This document shows positions 39,628 through 49,050 of a stretch of 64,000 bases of DNA, piece by piece; position 1 is the stretch's first letter; each line of letters opens with the position of its first letter. Both the position numbers and the translations under genes were made by a program. The notes under the pieces are model-generated. The model had not been told where the DNA came from, ran no database searches, and saw nothing but the letters and a program-made list of their open reading frames with translations. The stretch is taken from positions 34,347 to 98,346 of the forward strand of contig MGGH01000023.1 of NCBI GenBank assembly GCA_001792305.1, given 5' to 3'. Source of the stretch: Candidatus Woesebacteria bacterium RIFCSPHIGHO2_01_FULL_39_23. GTDB taxonomy: Bacteria > Patescibacteriota > Microgenomatia > UBA8517.

Positions 39628-39707
39628 TTGACTTGTGTAATTAAACGATTTAAACTATAGCAGGTTTTGTGGATCAGGAATAATTGGTGGGGTGACCCAC
39701 CTTTTTT
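39628..39707 (+). promoter_or_regulatory. nusA operon promoter and rimP-leader-like hairpin/attenuator
   Basis: TTGACT-17-TAAACT (39628..39656); GGTGGG-GTGA-CCCACC-TTTTTT (39686..39707). Confidence 0.7.
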
Positions 39708-39715
39708 AATAATTT

Positions 39716-40765
39716 ATGGTAGCGCAAACAGCCAGAACAGAATTTGCTCAGGCTCTCAAAGCAGTTGCTACAGAGCGTGGGCTTGACGTGGAAGTGATCT
39801 TGGAAACAATCAGGCAGGCGATTATTGCTGCTTATAAAAGAGACGCTCGGGAGCAAGGAGAGGAAGGAGAGGAAGCAGAAGAGCTTCAGTACGAAGTAGA
39901 GATTGATCCGGTTAGCGGCGAGGCAAAAATATATTCTTATGAGGAAGGAAAGCATAATAAAAAGAAGGATATTACACCTCCTGGATTCGGGCGGATTGCG
40001 GCCCAAACCGCAAAGCAGGTCATTCACCAGAAAATCAGGGAAGCTGAGAAAGACGCTGTTCTCGAGGAATTTTCCGACAGAGTTGGCTCCTTAATTTCCG
40101 GCATGATCCTTCGTTTTGATGGGCCTAATGTGAGAGTTGATATGGGTAGGACCGAAGGTCTGATGCCAGCCGAGGAGCGAGTACCTAATGAGAGACTTTC
40201 CTTAAGCCAAAGATTGACGTTTTTACTTAAAAATATTGTTGAAGGTCCAAGGGGAAAAGAAGTTATTTTGTCACGCGCGGACCCTGAGTTTGTCAAAAAG
40301 CTTTTTAGCCGGGAAGTGCCGGAGTTGTCATCTGGAAGCATAGAAATAAAGGCAATTGTCAGAGAACCTGGAACCAGGACCAAAATTGCTGTTGTTTCCA
40401 AGCAATCTGGGGTTGACCCCGTTGGCTCTTGTGTCGGCCAAAAAGGTGTGCGGGTGCAGGCAGTTACCAATGAGCTAAACGGTGAGAGAGTAGACATTAT
40501 TCCCTGGACTGATGATCAAAAGGAATTGATTAAGGTAGCCTTGTCCCCCGCCGAAATAGACTCAATCAGTATCATTAAGAGTACTAACACTGCCAAGGTA
40601 GTAGTGCCTGAAGATCAACTTTCAATAGTAATTGGTAAAGAAGGTCAGAATGTGCGCCTGGCAAGTAAACTTGCTGGCGTTAAAATTGATGTAATTTCGT
40701 CAGGAAAGGTTTCGAACAAAAAGCCTGTTAAAGAGAAGCAAGAAGAAAAGCGGAGAGCTAGATAA
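39716..40765 (+). CDS. nusA: Transcription factor NusA
   Basis: FGRIAAQTAKQVI, REPGTRTKIAV, GSCVGQKG, IGKEGQNVRLA. Confidence 0.97.
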   Translation: MVAQTARTEFAQALKAVATERGLDVEVILETIRQAIIAAYKRDAREQGEEGEEAEELQYEVEIDPVSGEAKIYSYEEGKHNKKKDITPPGFGRIAAQTAKQVIHQKIREAEKDAVLEEFSDRVGSLISGMILRFDGPNVRVDMGRTEGLMPAEERVPNERLSLSQRLTFLLKNIVEGPRGKEVILSRADPEFVKKLFSREVPELSSGSIEIKAIVREPGTRTKIAVVSKQSGVDPVGSCVGQKGVRVQAVTNELNGERVDIIPWTDDQKELIKVALSPAEIDSISIIKSTNTAKVVVPEDQLSIVIGKEGQNVRLASKLAGVKIDVISSGKVSNKKPVKEKQEEKRRAR

Positions 40766-40804
40766 AGAACATGTATCTAGGTGCAGAAAGAAATTACTTT
40801 AAAT

Positions 40805-42205
40805 ATGAAAAGACCAAGACCACCAATTGTGACTGTTTTAGGCCATGTAGACCATGGAAAGACCACTCTTCTTGACTACATCCGAAAGACATCTCTTGCC
40901 AAAAAGGAAGCCGGTGGAATAACTCAAAATATTGGTGCTTCAGTTATAACTACCCAAAAAGGTCTGCCTCAAGGGGTAGGTAAAGAAATAACTTTTATAG
41001 ATACCCCCGGCCACGCTGCATTTTCGAACATGAGGTCGCGGGGGGTAAAATTGGCTGACATAGCAATTTTAGTTGTCGCTTCAGATGCTGGGGTGAAACC
41101 CCAGACAGAAGAAGCGCTAAATTACATAACAGAAGTTAATGCCCCGTTTATAGTTGCTTTAACAAAAGTAGATTTGCCAAGTGCAGAGATAGAAAAAGTT
41201 AAAGGTGAACTTGAAAAGTTGGGAGTATTATTTGAAGGACGTGGTGGGAATGTTCCGTTAATTGCTGTTTCGGCAAAAACTGGTCAGGGAGTGAATGAAC
41301 TATTGGAAACTATTAGTTTAATGGCTGATGTTGGAGAAATATCTGGAGACGATAAGGCTTCCTTGGAAGCGGTAGTGATTGAAACTTTAAAAGATAACCG
41401 CGGGGTGCTGGTTTCGGTAGTTGTTAAAAACGGCTTGCTTAGAGTTTCAGATACTGTATTTTGCACTGATATCAAGGCTAAAGTAAGGGGTTTATTTAAT
41501 TTTCAAGGGAAAAGCGTTCGAGAAGTTTTTCCCGGGTTTCCCTGCCAAATTTTGGGTTTTTCCCACCTTCCCGAAGTTGGGAGTTTAATAACGACCGAGG
41601 CAACAAAAGTCGAAAAGAAACAATTAGATACTTTTACAGAAGGAACTTTAAACGAAGGTCTACCGATGATTATTAAAGCTGACAATAGCGGCAGTTTAGA
41701 GGCAGTCGTCTCAAATCTTCCCTCAGGAGTGCACGTCGTCTCAAAAGGTGTGGGTGATGTAAATGAGGGTGATATTTTTTTAGCTAAAACCTCAAAAGCG
41801 AATATTTTTACATTTGAAGCCAAAGCAAATAGTAGTGTTCGGAAACTCGGTGAAACAGAAGGGGTTAAAATTTTTGAATTCAAGATCATTTATGAGCTTT
41901 TTGAAGCGTTAGAGAAATTAATTGAAGAAGGAATAGAAAAGATTCTGGGTAAAGCTCGGATTTCGGCAAGCTTCCCTTATGAAAGGAAAAAAGTAGCTGG
42001 TTGCAAGGTATTGGAAGGGAAAATATCAAAAGCGAGTAAGTTAAGGCTTTTTCGTGATGATAATGCTTTGGGGAATGTAAGGGTGATTTCTCTCAAAAAG
42101 GGCAAACTTGACGTTGATGAGGTTGGCCAGGGGGAAGAATTCGGAGTAATTTTTGAGCCCCAGCTTGAATTTAAACCTGGTGATGTGTTACTATCGGTGC
42201 AATAA
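40805..42205 (+). CDS. infB: Translation initiation factor IF-2 (short form)
   Basis: [29 protein letters not shown]; start at 40805 ATG or 40781 GTG. Confidence 0.95.
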   Translation: MKRPRPPIVTVLGHVDHGKTTLLDYIRKTSLAKKEAGGITQNIGASVITTQKGLPQGVGKEITFIDTPGHAAFSNMRSRGVKLADIAILVVASDAGVKPQTEEALNYITEVNAPFIVALTKVDLPSAEIEKVKGELEKLGVLFEGRGGNVPLIAVSAKTGQGVNELLETISLMADVGEISGDDKASLEAVVIETLKDNRGVLVSVVVKNGLLRVSDTVFCTDIKAKVRGLFNFQGKSVREVFPGFPCQILGFSHLPEVGSLITTEATKVEKKQLDTFTEGTLNEGLPMIIKADNSGSLEAVVSNLPSGVHVVSKGVGDVNEGDIFLAKTSKANIFTFEAKANSSVRKLGETEGVKIFEFKIIYELFEALEKLIEEGIEKILGKARISASFPYERKKVAGCKVLEGKISKASKLRLFRDDNALGNVRVISLKKGKLDVDEVGQGEEFGVIFEPQLEFKPGDVLLSVQ

Positions 42206-42207
42206 CT

Positions 42208-43062
42208 ATGGGTGGTCAACTTAAGCCAATTATTGATGGGAGTAAATCGGTATTGCTTCTTTTGCCGGTTAATCCCACTTTTGATACTGTTGCCGGAGGA
42301 CTTGGGATGTATTTGGCCTTGCAATCTCAAAAAGAAGTAAGCATCGCCTGCGAAACGCCCATGACTGTCGAACATAATCGTCTGGTTGGGGTAAATAAGA
42401 TATCCTCGGAAGCTGGCGATAAGAACTTAGTGATAAGATTTAAAAATTACCACGCAAACAATATCGAAAGGGTTAGCTACGATATTGAAAACGGAGAGTT
42501 TCGTTTAACAGTGATACCAAAACCCCGTAACAGCGCCCCTCAAAGAGAACACGTTCATTTGACGTACTCCGGGGTGGCTGCCTCTACACTGTTTCTTATT
42601 GGTGGATCTCACGAGGAACACTTTCCCATGCTTAAGTCTTCGGACGCGGCTAATCTTAAGAAAGTTCATATAGGTGTTCGAAGTTTAAATGTTACAGGTG
42701 GTCAAAATATTATGTCTCTAGCCAGACCCGCTTCATCTGTGTCAGAGCTTGTTGTTCACTTGCTTCGCGAAGCCGAATTTGGCTTGGAGGCGGATGTCGC
42801 GACGAATTTACTCATGGGAATTGAAGAGGAAACTAATAGTTTTACAACACAAGAGGTAACATCCGAGACTTTTGAGATAGTTTCGTATCTTTTGAAATCG
42901 GGTGGACAGAGAAAACCCAAAAATCTTCCGGATTCTAGATTTTTCCCGCCAGGTGCGATTCCCGGAGAGAAACTCCATCCATTGGAGGAAGCGGAAAAAG
43001 GAGATATCCCCAAAGCCTGGATGGAAAAACCCGCGGTTTATAAAGGAACGAGTATCAGTTAG
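42208..43062 (+). CDS. Degenerate DHH-family (NrnA-like) protein
   Basis: Position after infB; NPTFDTVAG, ASSVSELV, ATNLLMGI...TNSF; no DHH triad. Confidence 0.65.
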   Translation: MGGQLKPIIDGSKSVLLLLPVNPTFDTVAGGLGMYLALQSQKEVSIACETPMTVEHNRLVGVNKISSEAGDKNLVIRFKNYHANNIERVSYDIENGEFRLTVIPKPRNSAPQREHVHLTYSGVAASTLFLIGGSHEEHFPMLKSSDAANLKKVHIGVRSLNVTGGQNIMSLARPASSVSELVVHLLREAEFGLEADVATNLLMGIEEETNSFTTQEVTSETFEIVSYLLKSGGQRKPKNLPDSRFFPPGAIPGEKLHPLEEAEKGDIPKAWMEKPAVYKGTSIS

Positions 43063-43104
43063 TTTGAATTTAACTTAATCTGGGAAAATCTCTCAACTAT
43101 ACAA

Positions 43105-43437
43105 CTATAAAAGCGACGATAGTTTTCTTGTGTCTTTCAAGTTATCGCAATAGCTTTCGTAACGCTTAATTGCTTTATCGCTTTTTTCAATAATCCGGCT
43201 TACTTTATCCGCAATATTATCTCTTCTTTGTTTCAAAGCCTGCATTTCTTGAACGCTGAAAGCTTTGTATTCAGTTTCGCCTGAAACCTCATCCAGTAAA
43301 AAATTAAATGAGCGCTCCGCCGTACGAAGTTGGGCAACGAATTTCGGTTCCGGCGCGTTTTCGGCCTTATCGACCAATCTTTCGAGAAGAGAAATGTAGT
43401 TTTCCAAAAATTTCCGATAAGAGTCTATTTTATCCAT
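43105..43437 (-). CDS. Hypothetical helical protein
   Basis: 110 aa ORF. Confidence 0.55.
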   Translation of the reverse strand: MDKIDSYRKFLENYISLLERLVDKAENAPEPKFVAQLRTAERSFNFLLDEVSGETEYKAFSVQEMQALKQRRDNIADKVSRIIEKSDKAIKRYESYCDNLKDTRKLSSLL

Positions 43438-43520
43438 GCAGCAACATAATAAAGTTTTACGGGGTGGAAATCAATATTGATATGCTTTAAAATTTAGTCA
43501 ATTGTTTAGCGTAGACGGCT

Positions 43521-44276
43521 ATGAGTTCAAAATACGTTCAGTTTGTTTTTCCCCAATTTCCCAAACGCTCACTGGGTGGAAAACATGGTTCCGAATTTAT
43601 CGACTCATTAAAAAAACTACTTCCCAAAAAAGCTAAAACAAGTTTATTTCTACCTTTCCCTAAAAACTCCTCAACACCTGTATTTCAAGAAAGTCCAACC
43701 ACGGCCGAGATTTCCCCAGCGATTATCAGTAGCGAGCTTGGTTATGTCCAAGTTAGTGTTGGCTTAGATAAAAACGATTTATTTGGAAGAGTATTTTCGG
43801 TCAGAGATGGAGTTTCCGACGGCCTGCACCGTCTTAATTTTTATCTTATTTTCTCGTTTAATGATATCGTTCATTATTCCAGTCAGACCAACCCACGGTT
43901 CTTTGACAAAGGGGGCATGAGTCCCTTAAGAATAAATCCGCCAGTTCGGGAGTATGCAGTAATTTCAGACAAGGTTAACAATAAGGATTATCATTTTCCA
44001 CCCGTTCCCGGCTTGGCAGAATTCTCCGATTCCACATTCGACGCCGAAGCTTACAGTTTGGAATATATGGATGCCAGATACGGCACATCATCAATAATGC
44101 ATGAAACTATCAAGTCGGGATTATATTGTTTAACTGTCGAACTGGATTTTTCCCCCAAAAGTCAGCTCCTAGCCTACTCCAAGCAATTTGAAGAAATTTT
44201 AATACCCCTGTTTGGAGATGATTACGTTCTGGTTCCCAAACCCCCCCAATCCGAGTTTTCTAAAATCACTCCCTAA
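43521..44276 (+). CDS. Hypothetical protein
   Basis: 251 aa ORF. Confidence 0.6.
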   Translation: MSSKYVQFVFPQFPKRSLGGKHGSEFIDSLKKLLPKKAKTSLFLPFPKNSSTPVFQESPTTAEISPAIISSELGYVQVSVGLDKNDLFGRVFSVRDGVSDGLHRLNFYLIFSFNDIVHYSSQTNPRFFDKGGMSPLRINPPVREYAVISDKVNNKDYHFPPVPGLAEFSDSTFDAEAYSLEYMDARYGTSSIMHETIKSGLYCLTVELDFSPKSQLLAYSKQFEEILIPLFGDDYVLVPKPPQSEFSKITP

Positions 44277-44327
44277 GTGCCACCCTAGTTGTTTTATAAC
44301 ATAAGTAGTGAAATAATTTGATAGGGA

Positions 44328-44591
44328 GTGAAAGTGATGGAAGGAGGAGACGCGGGAGTTAGGGAAGGTTTGGGGAGTGGTCAAGAAACTGCTCGTGAAA
44401 CTCGGGCGAGGGTTGACGCTGGAGCGAGGTTGAGAGATGCCGCGGATTTTGATCTCAGTCGGGCTCAAGCACGGCTCGCTAAACCTGACTTGAATGCGAC
44501 AATTAGAGTTGGCCGAACGCCAACTGAAACGGGTAAACTGCAAAGATTATCTCAAGCTCTTAAGATGTTGGTTCAAGGAAATAGAGGCTAG
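44328..44591 (+). CDS. Hypothetical protein
   Basis: 87 aa ORF, purine-rich upstream sequence. Confidence 0.4.
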   Translation: MKVMEGGDAGVREGLGSGQETARETRARVDAGARLRDAADFDLSRAQARLAKPDLNATIRVGRTPTETGKLQRLSQALKMLVQGNRG

Positions 44592-44638
44592 GATTTTGTT
44601 CGTGATCTTTAAGCAGCGGGCTATACTTTAAAATGTAA

Positions 44639-44983
44639 ATGGCTTACGATATCCATATCACTCGCAGAAATAATTGGTTTGACAAAGAAGGGCCGGTTAT
44701 TTCTGAAGAAGAATGGAAAAGGCTAGTCGGTGAGGATTCTGAATTAAAACTTACAGATTATGCCGAGTCCTCACTGAAAAATAAACCGTTTGAAATAGTA
44801 AGACTAAAAAAACACCTCATGGGGCTGTTGAGTGACCCAATAACAAAAAAAGACTTTTATTTTGTATATTCTCCAGAGAAAATAACTGTGTCGGATGCTG
44901 AAAGGAATGTCGTTGAAAAAATGAAGCAGGTTGCTCAAAAGTTGGATGCAAAAGTACAGGGAGATGAAGGAGAACTCTATTAA
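44639..44983 (+). CDS. Conserved-type hypothetical protein, possible orphan immunity protein
   Basis: MAYDIHITR...ISEEEW...KMKQVAQKLDAKVQGDEGELY. Confidence 0.65.
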   Translation: MAYDIHITRRNNWFDKEGPVISEEEWKRLVGEDSELKLTDYAESSLKNKPFEIVRLKKHLMGLLSDPITKKDFYFVYSPEKITVSDAERNVVEKMKQVAQKLDAKVQGDEGELY

Positions 44984-45068
44984 AGATCTGATTTGATACG
45001 ACCTGGAAAATTTTAGCCGAAAGGTTGGGTCGGTGTGAAAGTGCGGAGTAAGGTTGATATTTAAGGCA

Positions 45069-45548
45069 CTAGAATTTATAAACAACTCGCATCAGGTGAG
45101 TTGGCGTATCTTCAGCTTGCGAACCGATAATTCTTCTTAAGGCTCTGCGAGCCGGGTTTGTTTCAGGATTTTTGTCGCTGTGTTCACCGTCAATTGTTCC
45201 GTGATTTCGTAAAGCTAGAGTGGTTATCTCTCCTGAAGCTTCTATAATCAGATTGAAATCATCTCCATACAGTTGTACTTCTCTGCGTGCTATTCCCTGC
45301 ATTTTATCTCTTTGAATACCTGTAAGTATCTGTTCGCTGGCCATTGCACCTACTATGTCTCCTTCTCTAAATTCGTCTTCCTGAATGCCTTGATACAATT
45401 CTGCTTCGTCTGGGTCATGAATTTGGATTTCGGCCCCTTTTTCTCTCCACTCCGGAATAATTCCAACCACGGCACTCTCAAAAGTAACTGCGTTTTGCTG
45501 GCTCTCAACGTGAGGTAAACTGAATTCTCCCGACGAATCTAGATTCAT
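45069..45548 (-). CDS. Hypothetical acidic protein
   Basis: 159 aa; ATGA overlap with the upstream ORF. Confidence 0.6.
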   Translation of the reverse strand: MNLDSSGEFSLPHVESQQNAVTFESAVVGIIPEWREKGAEIQIHDPDEAELYQGIQEDEFREGDIVGAMASEQILTGIQRDKMQGIARREVQLYGDDFNLIIEASGEITTLALRNHGTIDGEHSDKNPETNPARRALRRIIGSQAEDTPTHLMRVVYKF

Positions 45549-46339
45549 TGTAGTGAAGATTTTAGTGTCTCAAGACTTTTGATTCTGACATCTGTCGTGT
45601 TGATGGTGTGCATTAACCTACCCCGTTCTGTTGTCGATTGCAGAGCTTTTAGCCGTAGGATTTCAGCGTTAATTGTTAAAATTTGTCCTGTTTCAGTCAT
45701 ACCTTGTTTTGATGCCTTAAGCCTTGCGATTTCTTGTTTTAACCTTTTGTATTCGTCATCTCCGGGTAGTTTTCCGATTGGTTTTAGGCTACCCCTTGCC
45801 GCATCAAATCTTGCTTTTAATTCCCCAATCTCTCTTTCAATCTCCAGTTTTACTGGTTCACGATTTCCCATTCTGAGGTTTGATGCCATATTGGTTAATC
45901 GTGCAAGTTCTGTTTTTGCGGCACGATCATTTGGGTCCATTACCGAGTCCGCCAAGGCTTGAAGCCGTCTTTGTTCCAAATAACTTTCCGGGGTAGATAA
46001 ATTAGGAAGAGGTCTGCGTTCTGATGCTCTAGGCTGTGATACTTCCGGCTGTCTGCTTAAATCGACCACATGTCTTTCTCCACCTTCATAATAGTAGCCC
46101 TTCCCTCTTCTCTCGTCGTCATCAAAGGGAGTTACATTTACTCGTTTCCCGCCGATTACCATCTCGACTCTTTCTGTTGGTATTGAACCAGCGGCTGATG
46201 GGGCACCCGATCTTGGGGATTCAACCACTGAAGGTCGGGGAGTTACTTCTCTTATTTGATCGCCTCTGACCTCGACTGTTATAGGTCTGGGTGGGCCTTT
46301 TGTTGGGTCCCATTCTGTTTGAGAATCGATCGTCGACAT
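45545..46339 (-). CDS. Hypothetical protein, disordered N-terminus and coiled-coil C-terminus
   Basis: 264 aa ORF. Confidence 0.65.
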   Translation of the reverse strand: MSTIDSQTEWDPTKGPPRPITVEVRGDQIREVTPRPSVVESPRSGAPSAAGSIPTERVEMVIGGKRVNVTPFDDDERRGKGYYYEGGERHVVDLSRQPEVSQPRASERRPLPNLSTPESYLEQRRLQALADSVMDPNDRAAKTELARLTNMASNLRMGNREPVKLEIEREIGELKARFDAARGSLKPIGKLPGDDEYKRLKQEIARLKASKQGMTETGQILTINAEILRLKALQSTTERGRLMHTINTTDVRIKSLETLKSSLQ

Positions 46340-46423
46340 ATTTTATGCTTTATAAGCGACTGTACCAATTGGTTGATTAGAATTATAAACTATTTTGTAT
46401 TTTTAAAAAAGTGTGATATCATT

Positions 46424-46482
46424 CCAAGTGTTGTTTGACTAGGGATACGGACTGTCCGACCTACTACTTGGTTTTACAACAA
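46424..46482 (+). promoter_or_regulatory. Structured 5' leader of rpsO (candidate S15 autoregulatory RNA)
   Basis: Nested inverted repeats CGGAC/GTCCG, TAGG/CCTA, GTTGT/ACAAC after a TG-n-TATCAT -10 at 46417. Confidence 0.5.
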
Positions 46483-46487
46483 TAAAA

Positions 46488-46754
46488 ATGGCATTATCAA
46501 AGGACGAAAAGCTTGATATTATAAAAAAGTTTGCTATTGAAAAAGGCGACACTGGTTCTCCTGAAGTACAAGTGGCTCTTCTTTCGGCTCAGATAGAAAA
46601 GCTTGCCAAGCATTTGAAAGATCACGCTAAAGATGTACACTCAAGAAGAGGACTTTTGTCGATGGTCGCCAAAAGAAGGAGGCTTCTTAATTACCTTCTT
46701 AAAAAAGACGAGGCTCGCTACAAAGAGCTTGTCAAGAAGCTTAAATTGAAGTAA
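46488..46754 (+). CDS. rpsO: 30S ribosomal protein S15
   Basis: [22 protein letters not shown]. Confidence 0.98.
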   Translation: MALSKDEKLDIIKKFAIEKGDTGSPEVQVALLSAQIEKLAKHLKDHAKDVHSRRGLLSMVAKRRRLLNYLLKKDEARYKELVKKLKLK

Positions 46755-46765
46755 TAATTTTTTTG

Positions 46766-49024
46766 ATGAAAGAATTAAAAGAAAGTATTGAAATTGGAGG
46801 GAAAACGCTCACCCTCTCTACAGGAAAATTGGCGGGTCAGTCAAATGGTGCTGTAGTTGTTTCTATTGGTGAGACAGTAGTACTATGCACAGCTGTTTCC
46901 TCGGTTATGGATACTGACCGCGACTATTTTCCCTTGACTGTTGACTACATGGAGAGGCTTTATGCAGGGGGTAGAATTAAGGGAAGCCGTTGGATAAAAA
47001 GGGAAGGCAGGCCCACCGATGAAGAAATATTGACCTCAAGGCTTATTGACCGCTCCATAAGGCCGCTCTTCCCCTACGCTTATAAAAAAGAAGTGCAAGT
47101 GACTGCAACTGTTTTATCAGTCGATTTGGTCAACAGTCCTGACATTGCAGCCTGTATAGGTGCCTCAACGGCTATAGTGATTTCTGATATTCCGTTTAAA
47201 GAGCCAGTTGTGACCGTAAGAGTTGGCAAGGTCAACGACAACCTTACTCTTTTCCCGACGGTTGAAGAAATAAACAAGGGAGAATTGGATGTAACTGTTA
47301 GTGTTACTAAAAATGCTGTTGTGATGATCGAGGCTGGAGCCAAAGAGGTCGACGAAAAGACTATTGCGAAGGCAATCGACTTAGCCGTTAGCGAAGGCGG
47401 AAAAGTTATTGACCTTATCGAAAAGTTTGCCAAAAAAGCAGGGAGTGCCAAACAGAAGTACTCCAACGATAAAGTTGACTTGGAAACTAAAAAAAGAATC
47501 GAGAAAGTGGTTGGCAACAAACTTGCCTCCCTTGTGACCAAAATGGCGACAAAAGAAGGGAGTTTTGCTGATTATGAACAACTAAGAAATGCGGTTGTAG
47601 ACGAGTTTGGAAATGAAGAAAAAAGTAAAGCAATTGAGGGTTTTGAAGATCTTTTTAAAGAAAGGGTTAGGCAAATGATTTTAGCTGGAAAGCGGCCTGA
47701 CGGCCGTAACCACGACCAAATTAGAGATTTAACCAGCGAAGTGTCAATTTTGCCAAGGACTCATGGCTCGGCAGTTTTTGCCAGAGGCCAGACACAAGTC
47801 TTAAGTGTTACTACTCTTGGATCGCATACTTTCGAGCAGTTGCTGGAAAGCGCTGAGGGTGAGGAGTCCAAACGCTACATTCATCATTACTCTATGCCTC
47901 CTTACGCAACGGGAGAAGTGGGAAAGGTTGGTTATCCGAATAGGCGGGAAATTGGCCACGGAGCACTTGCTGAGCGCGCCTTGATACCTGTGATTCCATC
48001 AGAAGAAGACTTTCCCTACACAATTAGAGTGGTTTCGGAAGTAACAAGCTCTAACGGCTCAACTTCAATGGCCTCGGTTAGTGGTAGCACGTTGTCATTG
48101 ATGGATGCGGGAGTTCCAATAACTAACCCCGTATCTGGGATCGCAATGGGGCTTGTTATCGAAAACGACAAAAAATACGCCGTCCTGACTGATATTGTGG
48201 GAATTGAAGATATTAGTGGTGACATGGATTTTAAAGTAGCGGGCACCAAAAACGGAATTACTGCGCTGCAATTGGATGTGAAAACTTTAAAGTTGACATT
48301 ACCGATTCTCGAGGCCGCTTTAAAACAAGCAAGGAAAGCAAGAGAGAAGATTTTGGAAGCGATGCTTGCGACTTTAGCTGAGCCAAGAAAGCAGGTTTCT
48401 AAGTTTGCACCCAAGATAAAAGTCATAAAGATCGATCCTTTCAAAATTGGAGAGCTTATTGGCCCTGGTGGAAAGACTATCAAAGGCATAATCGCGAGAA
48501 CAGGTGCTGATGTGGATGTTGAGGATGACGGCACAGTGCATGTAACTGCAGTTGATGAATCTGCAATGCTTAAAGCAATTGATGAAGTAAATAAGCTTAC
48601 CAAAGAAATTTTGCCAAACGAAATTTATGAAGGCCAGGTCAAAAGAGTGGAAAATTATGGAGCGTTTGTGGAGATTCTGCCGGGAAGAGAAGGATTGGTT
48701 CATGTTTCAGATATGTCGGAAGCTTTTGTTAAGGATCCCTCAACCCTGGTTAAAGTTGGCGACAAAGTAAGCGTGCGAGTCAAAGGGATTGATAATTTAG
48801 GGAGGCTTAATCTTTCAATGGTGATGGATCCCTCGTTTGATAAGCAGAAAGAAGAAAGGGATCACGACAGAAGCCGAGGTAGGAGTGGAATGGACAGGGG
48901 AAGGGGTCGCGAGGAGAGGTTTGGAAGAAGAAGGGATGGTGGTTTCAGGGACCGTACTGGGGGACCACATTTTCCCGCCAGTAACCTACTCGAACCCAAA
49001 GAGCGCAGAAACTTCCGAGAATAA
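46766..49024 (+). CDS. pnp: Polyribonucleotide nucleotidyltransferase
   Basis: FPLTVDY, RLIDRSIRP, RREIGHG, SNGSTSMAS, GDMDFKVAG, KH and S1 domains. Confidence 0.98.
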   Translation: MKELKESIEIGGKTLTLSTGKLAGQSNGAVVVSIGETVVLCTAVSSVMDTDRDYFPLTVDYMERLYAGGRIKGSRWIKREGRPTDEEILTSRLIDRSIRPLFPYAYKKEVQVTATVLSVDLVNSPDIAACIGASTAIVISDIPFKEPVVTVRVGKVNDNLTLFPTVEEINKGELDVTVSVTKNAVVMIEAGAKEVDEKTIAKAIDLAVSEGGKVIDLIEKFAKKAGSAKQKYSNDKVDLETKKRIEKVVGNKLASLVTKMATKEGSFADYEQLRNAVVDEFGNEEKSKAIEGFEDLFKERVRQMILAGKRPDGRNHDQIRDLTSEVSILPRTHGSAVFARGQTQVLSVTTLGSHTFEQLLESAEGEESKRYIHHYSMPPYATGEVGKVGYPNRREIGHGALAERALIPVIPSEEDFPYTIRVVSEVTSSNGSTSMASVSGSTLSLMDAGVPITNPVSGIAMGLVIENDKKYAVLTDIVGIEDISGDMDFKVAGTKNGITALQLDVKTLKLTLPILEAALKQARKAREKILEAMLATLAEPRKQVSKFAPKIKVIKIDPFKIGELIGPGGKTIKGIIARTGADVDVEDDGTVHVTAVDESAMLKAIDEVNKLTKEILPNEIYEGQVKRVENYGAFVEILPGREGLVHVSDMSEAFVKDPSTLVKVGDKVSVRVKGIDNLGRLNLSMVMDPSFDKQKEERDHDRSRGRSGMDRGRGREERFGRRRDGGFRDRTGGPHFPASNLLEPKERRNFRE

Positions 49025-49050
49025 ACTTCTTTGTGTTAATATAATTTGAA

